Below are positions 47,514 through 55,659 of a stretch of DNA of 64,000 bases, one piece after another; position 1 is the first letter of the stretch, and each line of letters opens with the position of its first letter. The stretch spans positions 176,437 through 240,436 of IMG/VR virus record IMGVR_UViG_3300031414_000001; one strand, written 5' to 3'. The translations under genes were made by a program, and so were the position numbers. Source of the stretch: a virus (taxonomy: Duplodnaviria > Heunggongvirae > Uroviricota > Caudoviricetes). A model generated the notes under the pieces. That model was not told where the DNA came from and made no database searches. It saw only the letters and a program-made list of their open reading frames with translations.

Positions 47514-49028
47514 TTACAAACCTTTGTTCGCACGTTCACGGACTTCATCGAAGTTACTGAGATTGAAAATCTCACCGTTAATGTACACATCAACCATCAT
47601 ATCCTTCAGGAAGTGGTTGATTTCTTGAAGCTCAATGCGTTCAGCAATGATCTTGTGAGAGTTAGTGCATTCATAGGTAGTCACACGACCACGCAGAGAG
47701 CGTTTACCCACATCGGTAATTGGGTCTTTGAACAGATCTTCCCAAGTACCATCAGCCAATTGCTGAGCAGAACCTTTCATTGCGAAAGAATAGGTATCGC
47801 GACCTTTTTCTGGATGAACCAGTTTACCACCCATACCGAACACAAGGTTCTCAATGGAGTAGTTCTTAGCTTCCAGGTTCGCAACGATTTGGCGAATGCT
47901 ATCTTCGTTGATACCATCACCCTGAATTACGCCGATGAAGCTTGGTAGTACTTTGAAGCCATTGACATTCAGAGTAGTACCGAATTTTTCTGCCAGAATA
48001 TCCAGGATCTCAATCGGCATAGTAGTAGCATCACCACTATCTGGACGCATGACAAGACGAGCACCAGGGCAACGTGCCGCGATTTCAAGGATCATCTCTT
48101 TCAGACGAGTACCAATGAATTCACGAACGAAGCGATAAGCATCATACGTATCAATTACTACTGAAACGATTGGTGGAACACCAACTGAACCTTTAGCAAT
48201 ATACGCATCAACTTTTTTCTCCCACAGGCGAACCATTTTCAAAGCCATATTGAAATCGTCGCGTTTGTCTGCGTCAGAGTTAGAGCAGGTAGCACTATGC
48301 TCAGAAGCAGTTACGGAACTCAGATATGCTTTATCAGTGTGGAAGTATTTTTTGATGTAACGATTCGCAGACAGACAATCAGAACCACTGAAGATCATTG
48401 CGTGAGACATACCCGCCAGAATCGCTGATTCATAGCTGGAAGCACCGCGATCACCGAAGTTGTGAAGATGGTAGTCCACGAAGCGATGCCCCGCATGACG
48501 TTCCATAGTGTCTGCCAAAAACTCTTTAATGCTGCGAGCATTACTTGCTACAGTTGTAGGGAACCATACAGCACGTTGTAACTGAGTCTCGATATAACTT
48601 GCGATAACGCAAACACGAGGATCAGTACTGAAAGAACGTACCAGAGGGCAACCAACCGGAACTACAGTACCTTCAGGAACAGCACGGATATGTACAGGAA
48701 TTTTACCGCCATGTACTTCCAGAATATGTTCCCAAAAACCGCGATCAAAATCGTCGCCACGTTGTTCGGTTTCAAGTTCTGCTTCATCAATATCTTCAAG
48801 TGTGATAGTGATGTTCAAGTACTTCTGAATGTAGTACTGAAGACCAGCCATTACAACATGCGTCGCGTATTTGGAAGGTTTACGAGCGATGATGTTACTT
48901 TCAAGAGCTACTACGCCCTCTTTCATCATGAAGCCGTGACCTGTTTTATACGAGTCAACGTTGAGGATAAAGTTTACGTTATCTGAGAAATCAGTAACGT
49001 CATTAAATTGTTTGTTAGTAATAGTCAT
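47514..49028 (-). CDS. nadV: nicotinamide phosphoribosyltransferase (Nampt)
   Basis: LNVDSYKTGH, WFPTTVAS, LHNFGDRG, ASEHS, VIDTYD, MRPDSGD, IQGDG, NLVFGMGG, FAMKGS. Confidence 0.95.
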   Translation of the reverse strand: MTITNKQFNDVTDFSDNVNFILNVDSYKTGHGFMMKEGVVALESNIIARKPSKYATHVVMAGLQYYIQKYLNITITLEDIDEAELETEQRGDDFDRGFWEHILEVHGGKIPVHIRAVPEGTVVPVGCPLVRSFSTDPRVCVIASYIETQLQRAVWFPTTVASNARSIKEFLADTMERHAGHRFVDYHLHNFGDRGASSYESAILAGMSHAMIFSGSDCLSANRYIKKYFHTDKAYLSSVTASEHSATCSNSDADKRDDFNMALKMVRLWEKKVDAYIAKGSVGVPPIVSVVIDTYDAYRFVREFIGTRLKEMILEIAARCPGARLVMRPDSGDATTMPIEILDILAEKFGTTLNVNGFKVLPSFIGVIQGDGINEDSIRQIVANLEAKNYSIENLVFGMGGKLVHPEKGRDTYSFAMKGSAQQLADGTWEDLFKDPITDVGKRSLRGRVTTYECTNSHKIIAERIELQEINHFLKDMMVDVYINGEIFNLSNFDEVRERANKGL

Positions 49029-49030
49029 AT

Positions 49031-49079
49031 CTAAGACTCCCTTAGTTATTAAGTTTAAGTGAAAGCTACAACGCTTTCA
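49031..49079 (-). promoter_or_regulatory. two-hairpin leader motif, copy 1
   Basis: TGAAAGC-GTTGTA-GCTTTCA ... ACTAAG-GGAGT-CTTAG upstream of the Nampt ATG. Confidence 0.7.
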
Positions 49080-49087
49080 TTATTTGG

Positions 49088-49606
49088 TTATACCAAATGC
49101 TGTATTAAATTTACTGGTATTTTAGCCATTAAATTATTGGGTTCAAACATATTAGAATTCAACCTAATATATGAACGTATATCATACGGATTGTTGTACA
49201 GTTTCAACGCAATTGCGTCAAGTGAAAACTCGTATTCATCACCATATTCATCAGATTCTCGGTAATGAATTGTACCATCGTCCTGTACTACTATGTCTGA
49301 TATATTACGCGACACAAACAAATTGCCTCGATCTATCTGCCCGAAGTACGTTTGTGCCATTCGATCACTCTTATGTGGTACTAGACCATTATTTGTTCCA
49401 TAAGTCCGTAGTGCGAATACACGATTAGTTTCTTCAGTTTCCGGTTCACTCAGAACCATCTTAATCAGATATTGAATCGGGTCAATATGCTCAATTTTAT
49501 CAGGAAGTTCATAAGCTGTCAAGCTAATTTTTTGAATAAAATCACTGCGATTATCAGAAATGTATTTCATTTCTTTGTAAAAGCTTTCAGGTTGACAAAA
49601 TAACAT
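49088..49606 (-). CDS. hypothetical protein
   Basis: 172-aa ORF between the two NAD genes. Confidence 0.55.
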   Translation of the reverse strand: MLFCQPESFYKEMKYISDNRSDFIQKISLTAYELPDKIEHIDPIQYLIKMVLSEPETEETNRVFALRTYGTNNGLVPHKSDRMAQTYFGQIDRGNLFVSRNISDIVVQDDGTIHYRESDEYGDEYEFSLDAIALKLYNNPYDIRSYIRLNSNMFEPNNLMAKIPVNLIQHLV

Positions 49607-49621
49607 AACATCCTCTCAATT

Positions 49622-49647
49622 AAAATGGAGTACCTTTCAGTACTCCA
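49622..49647 (-). terminator. intrinsic terminator
   Basis: TGGAGTAC-ctttca-GTACTCCA. Confidence 0.65.
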
Positions 49648-49653
49648 AAACTC

Positions 49654-50781
49654 TTACAGAATACCCAGGAAAGTATCAATGATACTCAAATGGTCTTCAA
49701 AGAATTTATCACGGTTCTTAACCAACTCACCAAGCGGCATCCAGAATGCTTTTTCAGCATCATCAGAACCTTTTACTTTTGGTAAAGTATTGTCCTGAAG
49801 CTGGATATGAGCACAGCGAGTAATGATACGCCAACGAAGTGAACGATTGAAATCACCGAATTCCATACTTTCACGGATTGAACCTTCCAGTACTTTCAAC
49901 GGAACATCAATCTTCGTTTCTTCTTTGAGTTCACGAAGTGCGGTTTGAACCTGATCTTTGTCTTGCCATGCGTCGAAGAACCCGCCAGGAAGTGCGTATA
50001 AACCTTTACCTGGGAAAGTACGACGCTTAACCAACAGAACGTGACCAGCACAAATTACCAGAGCATCACCCGTCAGGAACGGAATGTTGTCATACGGCAG
50101 TTTTTCTTTCATCTCTGAACGATAACGTTGTACGAAGTTGAATTCGCCAATCAGGTTATCGAACACCATTGGTTTAGTTTTCATGAACTTCTCAAGAAAC
50201 TCTTTAGTTTCTTCCGGCAATTCTTCTGGTACTTGTTTAGTACTGAAGAATTGCTGACGCATCGCAGTACTGTTGATTGTTACTTTTACAGATTTGTCGC
50301 GATGTTCGACATAATCTTTATGATCATAGTCGTCTGACACTGTTTTAATCACAGTTTGTTCTGGAATAAAATCTTGCTGCCATTGCGGGAAGAAGTTCAG
50401 GTAGAAAGTACTTGCGTCAGCTTCTTTCTGACAACCAGTAATGAAAATGTTTTCACTCTGAGTTACAGATTTCACTTGCTCATGTACTTCCATCAGCCAT
50501 TTGCTGTTGTTATATACGTAGTCGTGGATTGGAAGGATATTAACCTTAACCGAACGCCCTTTAGCCCATTCTGCTTGTGCTAAACGACTAGACATAGCAT
50601 CCAGTACTTGCTTGCGTTCATCAAACGTGAACGGATTCTTTGAATCACGTGCCATGTCAGAAGAACCAACCAGGATTACCAAACGGTCTGAATTTTCTAA
50701 TGCGTGTTTAATGGTTGCTTCATGACCAGCATGTGCCATTTGGAAACGACCAATATATACATAAACTTTTTCGTTTTTCAT
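49654..50781 (-). CDS. bifunctional NMN adenylyltransferase / ADP-ribose Nudix hydrolase (NadM-Nudix, NatV-like)
   Basis: YIGRFQMAHAGH, SKNPFTFDER, INSTAMR; ALPGGF...TALRELKEET Nudix box; FEDH. Start MKNEKV at 50781. Confidence 0.93.
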   Translation of the reverse strand: MKNEKVYVYIGRFQMAHAGHEATIKHALENSDRLVILVGSSDMARDSKNPFTFDERKQVLDAMSSRLAQAEWAKGRSVKVNILPIHDYVYNNSKWLMEVHEQVKSVTQSENIFITGCQKEADASTFYLNFFPQWQQDFIPEQTVIKTVSDDYDHKDYVEHRDKSVKVTINSTAMRQQFFSTKQVPEELPEETKEFLEKFMKTKPMVFDNLIGEFNFVQRYRSEMKEKLPYDNIPFLTGDALVICAGHVLLVKRRTFPGKGLYALPGGFFDAWQDKDQVQTALRELKEETKIDVPLKVLEGSIRESMEFGDFNRSLRWRIITRCAHIQLQDNTLPKVKGSDDAEKAFWMPLGELVKNRDKFFEDHLSIIDTFLGIL

Positions 50782-50783
50782 TT

Positions 50784-50865
50784 CTAAGACTCCCTTAGTC
50801 ATTATTGAAACAAGGCTACAACGCCTTGATGTGTACATTATAGCATAAAAATCAACGGCGTTCCA
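50784..50865 (-). promoter_or_regulatory. promoter TGGAAC-N17-TATAAT plus two-hairpin leader motif, copy 2
   Basis: -35 at 50860-50865, -10 at 50837-50842; CAAGGC-GTTGTA-GCCTTG (50811-50828); ACTAAG-GGAGT-CTTAG (50784-50799). Confidence 0.75.
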
Positions 50866-51031
50866 AGTTTTTTGGGTCGCTGATTCGCTAGAACGAGGTG
50901 ATATTATCAAATAGCTGCCTGAACGTCAAGGACTTTTTGGGGTTCAAAAGTAAATATTCATAGCAATAGCTAGTTTTCGGTATCTTAATAAATACTGAAT
51001 ATAATTATATAACTTTCTTAGGAGACTAAAA

Positions 51032-51937
51032 ATGGGAAAACCAATTGCTGGTCGTAATAAATCTCCATTCGGTGTTGACGGTATCAATGTAGATGCTGCT
51101 GTCCTTTCCGATGGTACACAATTGACTAATGTTCGCATTAGCAAACAACGTTCCATCAACGTATTTGATCTAATCAGTGCTGATGGTGCTACACTTTATC
51201 CATTCGTAAAAATCACAGGTGTTGACGCAGACGGTGTAAACCTTTCTGTTGCTGATGATGCTGCTACCCTAGCTGGTAAACTAGCTAACGGTACTTTCTG
51301 TATCAGTATTGTTGATACTGCTGGTGATGTTGTTGGGTTCGCTGTTCGTCTACTACTAAACAAAGTAGTTCTACAAGATGGTTCAGTAGAGTTCCTAGCA
51401 GATTACACTGGTCAGGGTGAACTAACTGTAGCTGTAACTGGTGTTACCGTTGCTCCAAGTACTTTAGCTGTTCTTGTTGGTGGTACTAGTACCCTAACCG
51501 CAACTATCGCACCTGTTGACGCAACCAATAAATCAGTTACCTGGTCTTCAAGTGCTGCTGGTGTAGCTTCTGTAAGTACTGCTGGTCTAGTTACTGGTGT
51601 TTCTAACGGTTCTGCTACCATTACCGCAACATCTGTTGATGGTTCATTTACAAGTACATCTGCTGTAACTGTTACCACTGCTGTAACTGGTGTAACTCTT
51701 GCTCCAGCAACTGTTACTCTAAGCCTAGCTGGTACTACCACACAACAACTAACGCCTACTATCTCTCCTGCGACAGCAAGTAACCAAGCTGTTACTTATG
51801 TTTCAAGTGCTCCAAGTATCGCATCTGTTAGTTCTACTGGTCTAGTGACTGCTTTAGCTGTAGGTTCTGCTACTATCACTGTAACAACAACTGATGGTTC
51901 ACATACTGCGACTTCTGCTATTACAGTAAACGCTTAA
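51032..51937 (+). CDS. virion protein with two bacterial Ig-like (Big_2) domains
   Basis: VAVTGVTVAPSTL...TNKSVTWSSS...VASV...GLVTGV..GSATITAT repeated twice; AGGAG SD; TAATAAATAC upstream. Confidence 0.88.
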   Translation: MGKPIAGRNKSPFGVDGINVDAAVLSDGTQLTNVRISKQRSINVFDLISADGATLYPFVKITGVDADGVNLSVADDAATLAGKLANGTFCISIVDTAGDVVGFAVRLLLNKVVLQDGSVEFLADYTGQGELTVAVTGVTVAPSTLAVLVGGTSTLTATIAPVDATNKSVTWSSSAAGVASVSTAGLVTGVSNGSATITATSVDGSFTSTSAVTVTTAVTGVTLAPATVTLSLAGTTTQQLTPTISPATASNQAVTYVSSAPSIASVSSTGLVTALAVGSATITVTTTDGSHTATSAITVNA

Positions 51938-51952
51938 TATCTTAATTAAAAC

Positions 51953-51981
51953 AAAAAAGGACGCCGAAGCGTCCTTTTTTT
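51953..51981. terminator. bidirectional intrinsic terminator
   Basis: A6-GGACGC-cgaa-GCGTCC-T7 between convergent genes. Confidence 0.9.
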
Positions 51982-52246
51982 ATGAATTCAGTTTTTGACA
52001 TACAAAGTCAGCTTTCACCTTGTCTTTGTACATTACACGGAACCCGAAAGCATTAGTTACAGGTTCATCATACGTGTCCATTTCGTTCACGATGAAGTAC
52101 TTCTCTTGTGCTGCGTCAAAGCGTACTTTATGGTTCTGTACGTTTTTCTTAGCAACTGGCTTTTTATCTTTCGCGACTGAATACAGTACTGCGGCGACAA
52201 AAGCAATTGCTAAAAGAACCATAATTAAGATAATGATCGTTTTCAT
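51980..52246 (-). CDS. membrane-anchored hypothetical protein
   Basis: N-terminal transmembrane helix. Confidence 0.6.
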   Translation of the reverse strand: MKTIIILIMVLLAIAFVAAVLYSVAKDKKPVAKKNVQNHKVRFDAAQEKYFIVNEMDTYDEPVTNAFGFRVMYKDKVKADFVCQKLNS

Positions 52247-52734
52247 TTTGTGTCCTCTATATCCGATAGTCTTTCTACAATTATACCAGCATTTTTTAGC
52301 ACGTCAAGTGCTTGTTCTGGTGTACGGTGATATTCTGTCTCGTAAATGACACGCTTAATTCCACTCCCCGCAATGAGCAGAGAACAGACATAGCACGGCT
52401 GTAGAGTACAATACAGGGTTGCACCATCCCTGTCAACTGGATTCGCAAATAAAAGTGCATTATGTTCAGCATGAAGTTCATGTAATTGACTCCAATCATG
52501 ATGCTCATGTTTTGCTTCATCCGATACCCAATTTTGAAATTCACCATTATGTACTAAGTGAGAATTAGCATCACAGCAATTCTCTTGCTTAGATGGTGAA
52601 CCATTGTATCCAGTACTAACAATTCGGTCGTTCTTTACAATAACCGCACCTACATGTTGTGAGATACACTTACTTTCATCACCCACGATTTTGGCGATAT
52701 TCATCCAAGTTGAATGCTTCATAGTCCAATCCAA
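52243..52734 (-). CDS. dCMP deaminase
   Basis: SKCISQHVGAVIV, STGYNGSP, HAEHNAL, TLQPCYVC. Confidence 0.93.
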   Translation of the reverse strand: MDWTMKHSTWMNIAKIVGDESKCISQHVGAVIVKNDRIVSTGYNGSPSKQENCCDANSHLVHNGEFQNWVSDEAKHEHHDWSQLHELHAEHNALLFANPVDRDGATLYCTLQPCYVCSLLIAGSGIKRVIYETEYHRTPEQALDVLKNAGIIVERLSDIEDTK

Positions 52735-53178
52735 TTCCTTTTGCTACTTCAATTGTTTCATTGTGAAACGCAACCAAATCTTGATAGTAGATAACATCTT
52801 TTTCTTCAATCTTGAAAGGTCGGTCAGCGTATTTACTCCAACGCTCATATGTCTTTTCGAGGTCTTCTTTCTTCTTGTAAAAGTACTCGTCAGTATGGTC
52901 TTCCATAATCAATTCAGCTTCAGTATATGGAGTCATTAACTTTAAATGGAAGAATGAATTGTATCCTTCATAAATCCGTGAACCAATCAGTTCACATTCT
53001 TCTTTGTACAAAAGCTTGCCTAAGAAGTTAGAACGATACTTAGAAGTATATTCATTCAACATAATTACATGACGGTCTTTGGATTTTTCAACAAGTAATT
53101 CATTCAAGTCAATTACTTTTTTAAGGTTGTTAATCCATACATTGGTATTACGTTCAGTCAGTTCTTTATACAGCATTC
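52679..53178 (-). CDS. hypothetical protein (KYAxRPF paralog)
   Basis: ERWSKYADRPFKIEEKDV; probable start MLYKEL. Confidence 0.6.
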
Positions 53179-53744
53179 TTCGCCTCGTAATATTCTTTAG
53201 CACGTTTAGTTTTACGTTCGATGATTTCCAAAATTTCCACATCATCCTTATCAAACTCAAATGGACGATGTGCGTACTTCACAAGAATCGCATACCATTC
53301 ACGGAAAGTCCAACGCTCAAAGAAATAGTTAGTACTGCCACTAGCACTATTCAAAATGTCGCGTTCTTCGGTAGTCCAACCAGGAACACCATATTTGGTA
53401 AAATGGTCATCAAAATAACGTAATTTTGGTTCAAAGCGACAGTACTCAAATGTTTCAGTAAAGTTTTCTTCGAAAAAGATATATGAGGCCATATATGAAT
53501 CTTCATGATCATAAATGGAAGTCATAGTACTTTGATTATAGAAGCACTTAGAAATGAACTTATTTCGAGTTAAAGGTTTACGTTTAAAGATTAAACCTGG
53601 GGTGAATGCTGCCAAGTACTCTTTGTACTTCGCATCGAATAGTTCTATTGCGTCTTTGTTAACATCCACAATATGATTACAAATAAGTTTAATATTCGCA
53701 ATCAGAGCATCAGTTTCTGCTGATGTATAAACACGTAATTTCAT
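53166..53744 (-). CDS. hypothetical protein (KYAxRPF paralog)
   Basis: ILVKYAHRPFEFDKDDV. Confidence 0.6.
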   Translation of the reverse strand: MKLRVYTSAETDALIANIKLICNHIVDVNKDAIELFDAKYKEYLAAFTPGLIFKRKPLTRNKFISKCFYNQSTMTSIYDHEDSYMASYIFFEENFTETFEYCRFEPKLRYFDDHFTKYGVPGWTTEERDILNSASGSTNYFFERWTFREWYAILVKYAHRPFEFDKDDVEILEIIERKTKRAKEYYEAKNAV

Positions 53745-53788
53745 TTCATTTCCTTAATAGAAAAAGGCCGCCGAAGCAGCCTTTAAGA

Positions 53789-54241
53789 TTATTTCGGTAC
53801 GTAGTTGTACTTACTGAGATCATGTTCATCCAGGATACCGCTATCATATCCGTACTGAAGAATAATATCAAATCCATCGTCAACCATACGCACAACATCT
53901 GAGTAACGGCGAACTTTGTCTTTGTTCTTTTCTACAGCCTTAATTAGCTCGTTTAGTACTGGAGCCAACGCAGGGATATTGTGTAGCTTAGCGAAACGTG
54001 GACGGCGTGTTGCCGCCAGAATATCATTCCAATCCGGTACAAACACTTCCCCACGAGTCGGAATGTTAGAAAGAACAAATGGGAAGTTCTGATTAGACTT
54101 CTTCATTTGGTCTTCCTGAGCAGTACGATAACCGCGACGGAAGAATGGATGCATTTGTTTTAATGCTTCAGGAGTTAGAGGTTCATTTCTTTTGTCCTGA
54201 AAGAACGTATATCCTAGAGTGTATTGATCATTTGTAGCCAT
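53789..54241 (-). CDS. hypothetical protein
   Basis: 150-aa ORF followed by a terminator at 53761-53783. Confidence 0.6.
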   Translation of the reverse strand: MATNDQYTLGYTFFQDKRNEPLTPEALKQMHPFFRRGYRTAQEDQMKKSNQNFPFVLSNIPTRGEVFVPDWNDILAATRRPRFAKLHNIPALAPVLNELIKAVEKNKDKVRRYSDVVRMVDDGFDIILQYGYDSGILDEHDLSKYNYVPK

Positions 54242-54247
54242 AAAAAT

Positions 54248-54547
54248 TTAGTCCTTTGGTACTGCCACTTTCTTATCGAAAGTTCCTTTAGTATTACGTA
54301 ATTCACTTGCGTGTTCAAACAGAAAATCTGGTTGAATATTTTTAGCTACGAGATATTGATGCATTAATTCAAGAATATCTGCCATAGCATCCAGTACTGG
54401 TTCAGCTTCAGTTGAACCTTTCACTGTTAATGCGGTACTCGCAATTTGTTCAAGTGCCACATCCATAAATTCTGAGGTACTTAGTGTCTCAGAATTAGCG
54501 GGAACCTCGTTCCCGCGAACTAATTGTTTAGCCATGATTACACCCAA
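54248..54547 (-). CDS. MazG/PRA-PH-like protein
   Basis: KQLVRG...MADILE...RNTKGTFDK, resembling the KLVRD/ELADxxE/RGGF family. Confidence 0.5.
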   Translation of the reverse strand: MGVIMAKQLVRGNEVPANSETLSTSEFMDVALEQIASTALTVKGSTEAEPVLDAMADILELMHQYLVAKNIQPDFLFEHASELRNTKGTFDKKVAVPKD

Positions 54548-55221
54548 TCAAATGAGCCATCGCGACGTTTAACTTTATACTGGCCTTTAGCATTACGCTC
54601 ACCAACCAGAATACCATCAACGAAACCTTTAGTACCGTACTGAAGTGATTCTTCAGCATTCAGCCACAGGTCACGGTCACAGTCTTTCATGAACTGATCA
54701 TAGTCCTGACCTACCGCTTCGGCAATCTGAGTAGTCAGAAGGGTATTCAGACGGTCAGAGTGTGCCAGAGCAATCTTCTGGTCAGTGATCAAACCCTGAG
54801 TACCAGATGATACCTGGTGTGCCATAATGAACGCATCAGCACCCATCAGACGCATTCCAGGAGTACCGATTACCGATTGGGTATAGCAACCCATAGACGC
54901 CGCATAACCCATTACAATCGTTTTAATAGGGGAACGGCAGTTCTTAGCAACATCTTTAATACCCAGGCCGTCATGTACAGAACCACCAGGAGAAGTTACG
55001 AAGATCGTGATTGGCTGAGAACTACGAGAATCCAGATACATCAACTGCATCTTGATAATGTGAGCCATGTGAGAGTTGAAATCGGTATCAATCATGATGA
55101 TACGTTCTTGCATCATACGTGAAGCGAGGTCATACGAACGCTCACCTTCAGCAGATTTTTCCAGTACGAATGGAATAGAGATAGAGCCAGTTGGTGCTAC
55201 AATTTTGTTGGTATCGGTCAT
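54538..55221 (-). CDS. clpP: ATP-dependent Clp protease proteolytic subunit
   Basis: SYDLASRMMQERII, VTSPGGSV, YAASMG, MAHQV, DRDLWLNAEE..YG...D. Confidence 0.92.
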   Translation of the reverse strand: MTDTNKIVAPTGSISIPFVLEKSAEGERSYDLASRMMQERIIMIDTDFNSHMAHIIKMQLMYLDSRSSQPITIFVTSPGGSVHDGLGIKDVAKNCRSPIKTIVMGYAASMGCYTQSVIGTPGMRLMGADAFIMAHQVSSGTQGLITDQKIALAHSDRLNTLLTTQIAEAVGQDYDQFMKDCDRDLWLNAEESLQYGTKGFVDGILVGERNAKGQYKVKRRDGSFDWV

Positions 55222-55231
55222 AATTTTATCC

Positions 55232-55657
55232 TTAGTAAATATCGCCAGAAATGGTACTTACGTTACCATTAATATCATCACAGTTAACATCGCCAGAAAT
55301 TGTATTAACATTCCCAGCAACATCATCACAGTTTATTTCTCCAGAAGTACTTGTAACGTTCCCTTGAACATTATCACAAAATACATCACCAGAGACAGTA
55401 CTAATTCCATTGGTTACATTGGCACACCTAATTGTGCCTGAACCTAAAGTAATGGACTCAACATCACCATTTACTTCAATGTTTATTTCAACATCATCTC
55501 CAACAACTGGTATGCCGTCAATCATGACGACAGTACCACCATCAGAAGTTTTCTTTACTACCATTTCGCTGAAAATAGTCGTTTGACCATTAACAGTTAC
55601 TTGAGTGTTCTTAGCAACCATTTGCATAAGACGCATCAAAGAGTCATTACCTGCCAT
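55232..55657 (-). CDS. beta-solenoid repeat protein (DUF4097-like)
   Basis: Repeats of the form (V/I)xTxSGDVxC: VSTVSGDVFC, VTSTSGEINC, VNTISGDVNC. Confidence 0.65.
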   Translation of the reverse strand: MAGNDSLMRLMQMVAKNTQVTVNGQTTIFSEMVVKKTSDGGTVVMIDGIPVVGDDVEINIEVNGDVESITLGSGTIRCANVTNGISTVSGDVFCDNVQGNVTSTSGEINCDDVAGNVNTISGDVNCDDINGNVSTISGDIY

Positions 55658-55659
55658 GA

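Noticed and set aside
49031-50828. NAD leader motif as a known NadR or NrtR box
   Set aside because: It does not match TGTTTA-N-TAAACA (NadR) or GT-N7-AC (NrtR) by eye, so it is reported as a new motif instead.
50782-50910. 43-aa N-terminal extension of NMNAT-Nudix in the ORF track
   Set aside because: It runs through the promoter and leader; the SD-linked ATG at 50781 is the credible start.
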